A DNA stretch of 64,000 nt from an uncultured Bacilli bacterium (GTDB taxonomy: Bacteria > Bacillota_I > Bacilli_A > RF39 > UBA660). The translations under genes were made by a program, and so were the position numbers. Within the stretch, counting starts at the first letter, position 1. Every line of letters starts with the position of its first letter. Under the pieces are notes generated by a model, which searched no databases, had not been told where the DNA came from, and saw only the letters and a program-made list of their open reading frames with translations. Shown here piece after piece: positions 58,326 through 64,000 of the stretch. The DNA lies in the NCBI GenBank assembly GCA_934155005.1, contig CAKPGR010000003.1, forward strand, positions 13,011-77,010, in the 5' to 3' direction.

Positions 58326-58592
58326 ATGGAAATCATAAGAATTAGTGCTACTTGGTGTTCTAGTTGTTTAATTACTTATAAATCATATAAAAAATTAAAA
58401 GAAAAATATTTGGATATTAAATTTTCAGAATATGACTATGATGAAGATGACATAGATAAATTTAATGTAGGAAATATTTTGCCAGTTATAATAATTTATA
58501 AAGATGATAAAGAAATAAAAAGAATTATTGGAGAAAAGAGTGAAGAAGAATTATTTAAGGAAGTAGAGGATTGTTATGAAGAAAATAAATAG
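58326..58592 (+). CDS. Small thioredoxin-fold protein (WCxxC)
   Basis: ATWCSSCL active-site-like motif, 88 aa. Confidence 0.45.
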   Translation: MEIIRISATWCSSCLITYKSYKKLKEKYLDIKFSEYDYDEDDIDKFNVGNILPVIIIYKDDKEIKRIIGEKSEEELFKEVEDCYEENK

Positions 58593-59793
58593 ATTAATAT
58601 TTTTATTTATTTTTACATTACTTTTAATACCAACAGTAAATGCTAAGGAAATTACTATAAATTTATTTTATAGTAAAACTTGTCCACATTGTGCAAGTGA
58701 ATTAGAATTTTTGAATAATTATAAAGAAGAAAATAGTAATGTTAAGCTTAATTTATACGAGGTTACAGAAAATGAAGATAATTCAAAACTATTAGATTTG
58801 GTTAAAGAATCATTAGATTGTACTCATAATTACGTTCCTTATACCGTTATTGGAGAAATTGGTCTTACAGGTTTTAGTGATAATATAGAGTCACAAATAA
58901 AACACTTTGTAGATAAATATCAAAATGAAGATTATATTGATTTAGTTAGTGAAGTAGAAAATAAAGGAACTAGTATAAAAATTAACGAAATTGATGGGGA
59001 TGAAACAAAAGAAACAGATAATGAAAAAATTGATAATGAAACAGTTTCAGTACCATTACTTGGAGAAGTAGATTCTAAAAATGTTTCCTTACCACTTATA
59101 GCTGCTATTATAGGATTTGTAGATGGCTTTAATCCATGTGCTATGTGGATATTAATTTTTTTAATTAGTATGTTATTAGGTAGTAAAAATAAAAAAAGAA
59201 TGATATCATTAGGCATTATATTCTTGGTATCATCAGCTTTTGTTTATTTATTATTTATGATGGCTTGGTTAAAAATTATGATTTCAACTATGCAAATAAA
59301 TATAATAAAAATAATAATAGGTATAGTAGCTTTAATAGGTGCTATATGGAATTTTAAAAGTTATTATGATGATAAGAAAAAAGATGTTGGTTGTGAAGTT
59401 GTAAATAAAAATAAAAGAAAAAGATTAATTGATAAAATCAAAAAAATTGTTTCTGAAAAAAGTTTCATCATAGCAGCTATTGGAATGATAATATTAGCTT
59501 TTTCTGTTAATTTAATTGAATTTGCTTGTTCAGCAGGATGGCCTGTTATATTTACAGAAATATTAGCTATTAATAATTTAAATAAATTAAGTTATTTTAT
59601 ATATATTTTAATTTATATATTATTCTATATGTTGGATGATATAATTATTTTTATAATTGCTATGGTTACATTAGAAGTAACTGGAATATCAAATAAATAT
59701 AATAAATATTCACATTTAATTGGTGGAATTATGATGCTTATAATAGGCTTACTTATGTTATTTAAGCCAGAGTGGTTAATGTTTAATTTTTAA
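58576..59793 (+). CDS. Fusion of extracytoplasmic thioredoxin-like domain (CPHC) and DsbD/CcdA-type transmembrane thiol-disulfide transporter
   Basis: Signal peptide, YSKTCPHCASEL, then six TM helices with FNPCAMW and CSAGWP Cys motifs. Confidence 0.55.
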   Translation: MKKINRLIFLFIFTLLLIPTVNAKEITINLFYSKTCPHCASELEFLNNYKEENSNVKLNLYEVTENEDNSKLLDLVKESLDCTHNYVPYTVIGEIGLTGFSDNIESQIKHFVDKYQNEDYIDLVSEVENKGTSIKINEIDGDETKETDNEKIDNETVSVPLLGEVDSKNVSLPLIAAIIGFVDGFNPCAMWILIFLISMLLGSKNKKRMISLGIIFLVSSAFVYLLFMMAWLKIMISTMQINIIKIIIGIVALIGAIWNFKSYYDDKKKDVGCEVVNKNKRKRLIDKIKKIVSEKSFIIAAIGMIILAFSVNLIEFACSAGWPVIFTEILAINNLNKLSYFIYILIYILFYMLDDIIIFIIAMVTLEVTGISNKYNKYSHLIGGIMMLIIGLLMLFKPEWLMFNF

Positions 59794-59852
59794 TCACTCT
59801 TTTTTTTTTAATCTTTTTATTGTATAATAATGAAATTGAAAGGGAGATTTAT

Positions 59853-60476
59853 ATGAAAACAAATTATCAACTTAAATTAGAAGAAATTTTAAATAGTCTA
59901 AATTATACTCCAAAATTATTACTTCATACTTGTTGTGCTCCGTGTAGTAGTTATTGTATAGAGTATTTATCTAATTATTTTGATATAACAGTTTTATATT
60001 ATAATCCTAATATTTCTCCAATTCAGGAATACGAAAAAAGAAAAAAAGAACAAATTCGTTTTTTAAAAGAATTTAAATCAAAAAATAAGTTAGATTTTAT
60101 GGATTGTGATTATAATTATGATGATTTTTTAAATATAGCTAAGGGTTTAGAAAACCTAAAAGAAGGTGGAGAAAGATGTTTTAAATGTTATAATTTACGA
60201 TTAGAAAAAACAGCTTTGGTAGCCATCCAAAATCATTTTGATTATTTTGGTACAACTCTAACCGTAAGTCCTTATAAAAATAGTGAAAAATTAAATGAAA
60301 TAGGATCTTTATTAGAAAAAAAATATGGTATTAAATATTTATATTCAGATTTTAAAAAGAAAAATGGTTATAAAAAAAGTATTGAACTTTCTAAGAAATA
60401 TAATTTATATAGACAAGATTATTGTGGCTGTATTTATTCTAAAATAGAAAGGATAAAGAAAAATGAAGGTAAATAA
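59853..60476 (+). CDS. queH: Epoxyqueuosine reductase QueH (DUF208)
   Basis: LLLHTCCAPCSSY, CFKCY, DYCGC Cys clusters; ATG 59853 with RBS AAGGGAG (the track ORF starts at an upstream TTG inside a TTGTATAAT -10 element). Confidence 0.6.
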   Translation: MKTNYQLKLEEILNSLNYTPKLLLHTCCAPCSSYCIEYLSNYFDITVLYYNPNISPIQEYEKRKKEQIRFLKEFKSKNKLDFMDCDYNYDDFLNIAKGLENLKEGGERCFKCYNLRLEKTALVAIQNHFDYFGTTLTVSPYKNSEKLNEIGSLLEKKYGIKYLYSDFKKKNGYKKSIELSKKYNLYRQDYCGCIYSKIERIKKNEGK

Positions 60477-61089
60477 AAAAATATTTATTTTATTATTAAG
60501 TGGTGTTGTTTTAGTTAGTGGCTGTGGAAAAGAAAATACTAATAATAAAATTGTGGAAAATAATATAAATCAAGATGAAGATAATATAGAAAAAGAAAAT
60601 AATAAACAAAATATTGAAAATGATTGTATTCAGGATAATACCAGCATTGAAAATGAAATTGTAGATTATATAACAAATCCTGATAATGCGTTAGATAGTG
60701 AACAGAATAAAGAAAAACTTAATGAAACAAAAGAAAAATTAATAAAAAAAATGATTATATTAGTTGATTTTATATTTTATGGTACGGATATAAATGGTAT
60801 TACATTTGATAGCCTTTCTAATAGTGCGAAAGAAAATATTTTGAATTTATTTTATAAATTAGATAATGTTTTAGAAACTAATTATCCAGGTTATAAAGAT
60901 AGCTTAGAAGAAAAATATAGCAGTGCAATTGATAAAATAAAAGATACATATTCAAGTAAAGTTAGTGAAGAAAAAAGAGAAGAAATAAAGAATATTAAAG
61001 ATAATGCTACTTCTAAAACAAAAGAAGTTTATGAAAATAGTAAAGTAAAAGTTAAGTCTTGGTACGAAGATTTAAAAAAACAATATTAA
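60463..61089 (+). CDS. Lipoprotein, 208 aa, acidic
   Basis: Lipobox LVSGCG after an N-terminal hydrophobic segment. Confidence 0.5.
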   Translation: MKVNKKIFILLLSGVVLVSGCGKENTNNKIVENNINQDEDNIEKENNKQNIENDCIQDNTSIENEIVDYITNPDNALDSEQNKEKLNETKEKLIKKMIILVDFIFYGTDINGITFDSLSNSAKENILNLFYKLDNVLETNYPGYKDSLEEKYSSAIDKIKDTYSSKVSEEKREEIKNIKDNATSKTKEVYENSKVKVKSWYEDLKKQY

Positions 61090-61092
61090 ACC

Positions 61093-61422
61093 CTAGTCTT
61101 TGACTAGAGTTTTTTCTTTTTTTCCTTTTAGCTCATAGAGAGTGTAATTAATATCTGTGTTTTCAAGTTCTTTATAAAAATATTTTAAAACTCTCATAAA
61201 ATGATTAATTTCAACATCAGTTAAATTTTTAAAAACCAAATAATTTGTATCATCAACTATATAATAACAATCTATATTGAATAAAAATTTATTTAATAAA
61301 TCATTACTTTTAGTTTTGCATTTTACAATGTATACAATAATTTCATAGTCTGATGTATCGCTATCAATTTCAAATTTGTAATTGGGATACATATTATTTA
61401 ATATACTTTCAAAAACTTCCAT
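61093..61422 (-). CDS. Hypothetical 109-aa protein
   Basis: ORF with RBS GGAGGGATTAATATG on the minus strand. Confidence 0.4.
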   Translation of the reverse strand: MEVFESILNNMYPNYKFEIDSDTSDYEIIVYIVKCKTKSNDLLNKFLFNIDCYYIVDDTNYLVFKNLTDVEINHFMRVLKYFYKELENTDINYTLYELKGKKEKTLVKD

Positions 61423-61481
61423 ATTAATCCCTCCTAAATAAAAATTCTAGTTTTGTCGAAAATGTTATATATAACTATTAT

Positions 61482-61727
61482 ATGTGTTATAGTACATATG
61501 GTGATACTATGAAAACAAACATTGTTTATACTGATAATAAATTATATGTAAATACTAGTGGAAATATAGACAAAGATAATTATAATAGCTTAAAAGAAAA
61601 AGTAAATTATATTATTAATGAATATAATATAAATGATGTTATTTTTGATTTTAAAGACTCTAATATTGAAAATGAATTTTTAAATGATGTAAATAACAAT
61701 TTTAATAATGTTAAAATCATAAAGTAA
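61482..61727 (+). CDS. Hypothetical small protein (probable start MKTNIVY at 61509)
   Basis: ORF only. Confidence 0.3.
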   Translation: MCYSTYGDTMKTNIVYTDNKLYVNTSGNIDKDNYNSLKEKVNYIINEYNINDVIFDFKDSNIENEFLNDVNNNFNNVKIIK

Positions 61728-61774
61728 TTTGAAAAAATTTTAATAAGTGATACAATTATATTGGAGGTAATAAA

Positions 61775-62326
61775 ATGAAGAATATGTTTTCGAATTTTCT
61801 AAAATTATCTATTTTATCTTCAATTATATTTATACTTTTTGGATTACTTTTATTTATTAATCCAGATGGTGTTATTACATCAATTTCTTTAATAATAGGT
61901 TTAATTCTACTAATTATTGGTATAGTAGAGTTAGTTTGCTATTTTAAGGATCGTATTAATTATCAAAATATATTAATGCTTAGTTTATTTTTTATAGCAA
62001 CAGGAATTATTTTGATAAGTAACCCTAATATTATAGCAACAATTATTCCAATATTTATAGGAGTATGTATGTTAGCACTTGGAATCCAAAAAATTGATAT
62101 AGCTATGTTAATTAAAGGAACAGGTAGATGGGCTTATATTTTAATAACAGGTATAATAACTTTATTATGTGGTATATTATTAATTGTAAATCCAATTAAA
62201 GGTGCTTTTATAGCTACAAAAATGATTGGTTTAATTATTATGATATATTCTGTTTTAGATATAATTGATTGTTTAGTATTGAAGAAAAATGTTAAAGAGA
62301 TAAATAAGATAATTGAGGTAGAATAA
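61775..62326 (+). CDS. DUF308/HdeD-like six-TM membrane protein
   Basis: Three internal repeats of paired TM helices, 183 aa. Confidence 0.45.
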   Translation: MKNMFSNFLKLSILSSIIFILFGLLLFINPDGVITSISLIIGLILLIIGIVELVCYFKDRINYQNILMLSLFFIATGIILISNPNIIATIIPIFIGVCMLALGIQKIDIAMLIKGTGRWAYILITGIITLLCGILLIVNPIKGAFIATKMIGLIIMIYSVLDIIDCLVLKKNVKEINKIIEVE

Positions 62327-62327
62327 T

Positions 62328-62543
62328 ATGCTAGAATTCAAAAAAGGCTTTTCTAAAAAAGAAGAAACTAGAATTGTATCTAATTATATTCCTATGACTG
62401 AGAGTGAAAAAATAGAACGTATTAGAAATCAAATGACAGGTGTTTATCAAAAAACAAAACCTATTTCAAATACACCTATTATAGAAAATAAAAAAATGCA
62501 TAAGGATAGAATAGATGCTTTCAAGAATATAAAAAAAGACTAA
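62328..62543 (+). CDS. Hypothetical 71-aa protein
   Basis: ORF immediately downstream, overlapping the next stop. Confidence 0.3.
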   Translation: MLEFKKGFSKKEETRIVSNYIPMTESEKIERIRNQMTGVYQKTKPISNTPIIENKKMHKDRIDAFKNIKKD

Positions 62544-63385
62544 TTACTTAGTCTATATAAATTAATAGAAGGTCTATTGAATAATCTAAATTGATAATCT
62601 TCTATTCCAATACCGCCTGATACATATAAGGTGGTATTTTTTAATTGGTACTTTGTGTCATAATATTTTTTTCCATAATTAGGTTTAATTAAACCACCTA
62701 TAAATGGTATTTTTACTTGTCCATTCAAAGAATGACCTGCTAAAACTAAATTAAATTTAGAATAATTAATATTATCGATAACATCTGGTTCATGCATTAT
62801 CAAGATACTATAATTAGGTTTATTTTCATTTAAAAATTGATTGATATTTTTCATTTTTTCATCGATATTTTTATCTAATATATGAGAGCTTATTCCAGCT
62901 AGCATAATATATTCATTGTTATTATTATAAATTAAATCATATGAATTATCTAAATCGATAAATCCAGAACTATCCATAATAAATTTATAAGTATCGTTAT
63001 TATCATGATCTCCTTTTATATAATAACTTCCCATATTGGAATCAATTTTAGCTAAAATAGATATTATCATATCTCTTTCAGTATCATTAATAGTTGTATT
63101 TTTATCGATTAAATCTCCCGTAAAAACAACAATATCAGGTTTTGTTAAATTAACTTTTTTTACTAGACTTTTTAACTCTTTTTTTGTAATCATTTTGCCA
63201 TAATGAATATCTGATATTTGAACAATTTTTAAGCCATAAAAATTATCATTTTTAATTTTATATTCATTTGTTATAAGACCAGTAGTACCAATATAATGAC
63301 TGTATAATAGAACAATACATGGAAGTAAAATAAATATTATAAAAAGATTTAAAGTTTTTTTAAATGGTTTTTTCTTTTTTTTCAT
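62540..63385 (-). CDS. Membrane-anchored calcineurin-like metallophosphoesterase (YkuE-like)
   Basis: VFTGDLID, IMHEPD, AGHSLNGQV phosphoesterase motifs. Confidence 0.65.
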   Translation of the reverse strand: MKKKKKPFKKTLNLFIIFILLPCIVLLYSHYIGTTGLITNEYKIKNDNFYGLKIVQISDIHYGKMITKKELKSLVKKVNLTKPDIVVFTGDLIDKNTTINDTERDMIISILAKIDSNMGSYYIKGDHDNNDTYKFIMDSSGFIDLDNSYDLIYNNNNEYIMLAGISSHILDKNIDEKMKNINQFLNENKPNYSILIMHEPDVIDNINYSKFNLVLAGHSLNGQVKIPFIGGLIKPNYGKKYYDTKYQLKNTTLYVSGGIGIEDYQFRLFNRPSINLYRLSN

Positions 63386-63436
63386 ACCATCACCTTAGTT
63401 AATTATAACATAGAAGAAAAAAAAAGACACGAGTCT

Positions 63437-63982
63437 TTATGAAAAAAGTAAAACTAAAAATTGTAAAGCTACTAAAAGTCCATTATGTATAAAATGAAAT
63501 CCCATTGAAACGAAAATATTATCTGTTTTATATAACATATATGCGAATGCAATTCCTAAAGAAGAGTATGGAATTATAAATAAAATGTCAGTAATTGAAT
63601 TAATATTAGATACAACATGCATACCACCGAAAATAAATCCTGATACAAGAATAAAAATAATATTTCTTCCTAATATATTTCTTATTCCTTGTCTAAAAAC
63701 TAATTCTTCAATAATTGGGGCAAATATAACGGAGGCAAGGTAGATGTATAATGGATTAGTTTTTAATAGTGATCTTATTTGTTCTTCATTTCCTGCCATT
63801 TCATTATTAAATCCAAACATAATAATAGAATTACTGATAACCATAACTAAAAGTCCAATTAACCAATATTTTATATATTTAGAGTAGTATTCTTTATGAT
63901 TTTTTAGAATATCTTTTAAATCTTTTTCTATTTTTTTATTAAAAATTAAAAGAAGACTTGAAGCAATTAAAACTTCATACAT
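63437..63982 (-). CDS. CPBP-family intramembrane glutamic endopeptidase (CAAX protease-like)
   Basis: EELVFRQG, FGGMH, HFIHN motifs. Confidence 0.65.
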   Translation of the reverse strand: MYEVLIASSLLLIFNKKIEKDLKDILKNHKEYYSKYIKYWLIGLLVMVISNSIIMFGFNNEMAGNEEQIRSLLKTNPLYIYLASVIFAPIIEELVFRQGIRNILGRNIIFILVSGFIFGGMHVVSNINSITDILFIIPYSSLGIAFAYMLYKTDNIFVSMGFHFIHNGLLVALQFLVLLFS

Positions 63983-64000
63983 AACTAAATATAGTGTTTT

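Noticed and set aside
1-64000. CRISPR arrays, rRNA and tRNA genes
   Set aside because: No regularly spaced direct repeats of 25-40 bp were seen, and no GC-rich cloverleaf-like or rRNA-like stretches (intergenic regions are uniformly AT-rich); a tRNA could be missed by eye, but nothing suggestive was found near island boundaries.

Overview
Very AT-rich segment from a low-GC Gram-positive (Firmicutes) chromosome, likely a spore-forming Clostridia-like genome: it carries an RpoE delta subunit, TmcAL, a Cse60-like mini-gene and a class A PBP. The backbone is housekeeping. On the + strand: gatCAB, serS with a T-box-like leader and a GNAT gene, a CDF transporter, mutM, dinB, tex, argS, rpoE, a clpC-like gene, a cysteine desulfurase, thioredoxin/DsbD-like genes and queH. 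On the - strand: the PBP1A-like gene, tmcAL and a radical-SAM gene. Two accessory islands interrupt this backbone. Island 1 (about 4.76-14.7 kb) is a compact type VII (T7SSb)-like locus: sigma-A promoter with a G9 tract in its spacer, a 213-aa helical WXG-like protein, three small helical proteins, EssC/YukB-type FtsK/SpoIIIE ATPase (about 1520 aa), a YukD/EsaB-like small protein, a DUF4176-like protein, an 817-aa toxin with a glycine-zipper segment and a C-terminal transglutaminase-like Cys-His-Asp domain, and a small putative immunity gene. No EsaA/EssA/EssB-like membrane components are visible. Island 2 (about 26.5-43 kb, between tex and the PBP gene) is a type IV secretion-like cluster: VirB3-like, VirB4 split into two translationally coupled ORFs, VirB6-like, VirD4-like coupling protein, and three different peptidoglycan hydrolases (NlpC/P60; GH73 plus papain-like; GH25). 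It is preceded by an unusual Flp/TadE/TadF/TadZ-like module (three paralogous pilin-like genes and a degenerate ParA-like ATPase) and by a monocistronic VirB2-like gene with its own promoter and terminator. No relaxase, integrase or recombinase is visible in this window. Other notable items are three tandem VanY/M15B paralogs, a minimal eukaryotic-type kinase-like protein, and structured leaders upstream of gatC. No rRNA, tRNA or CRISPR array was recognised. All calls come from reading the sequence and ORF track by eye; coordinates of small motifs are approximate (about +/-3 nt).
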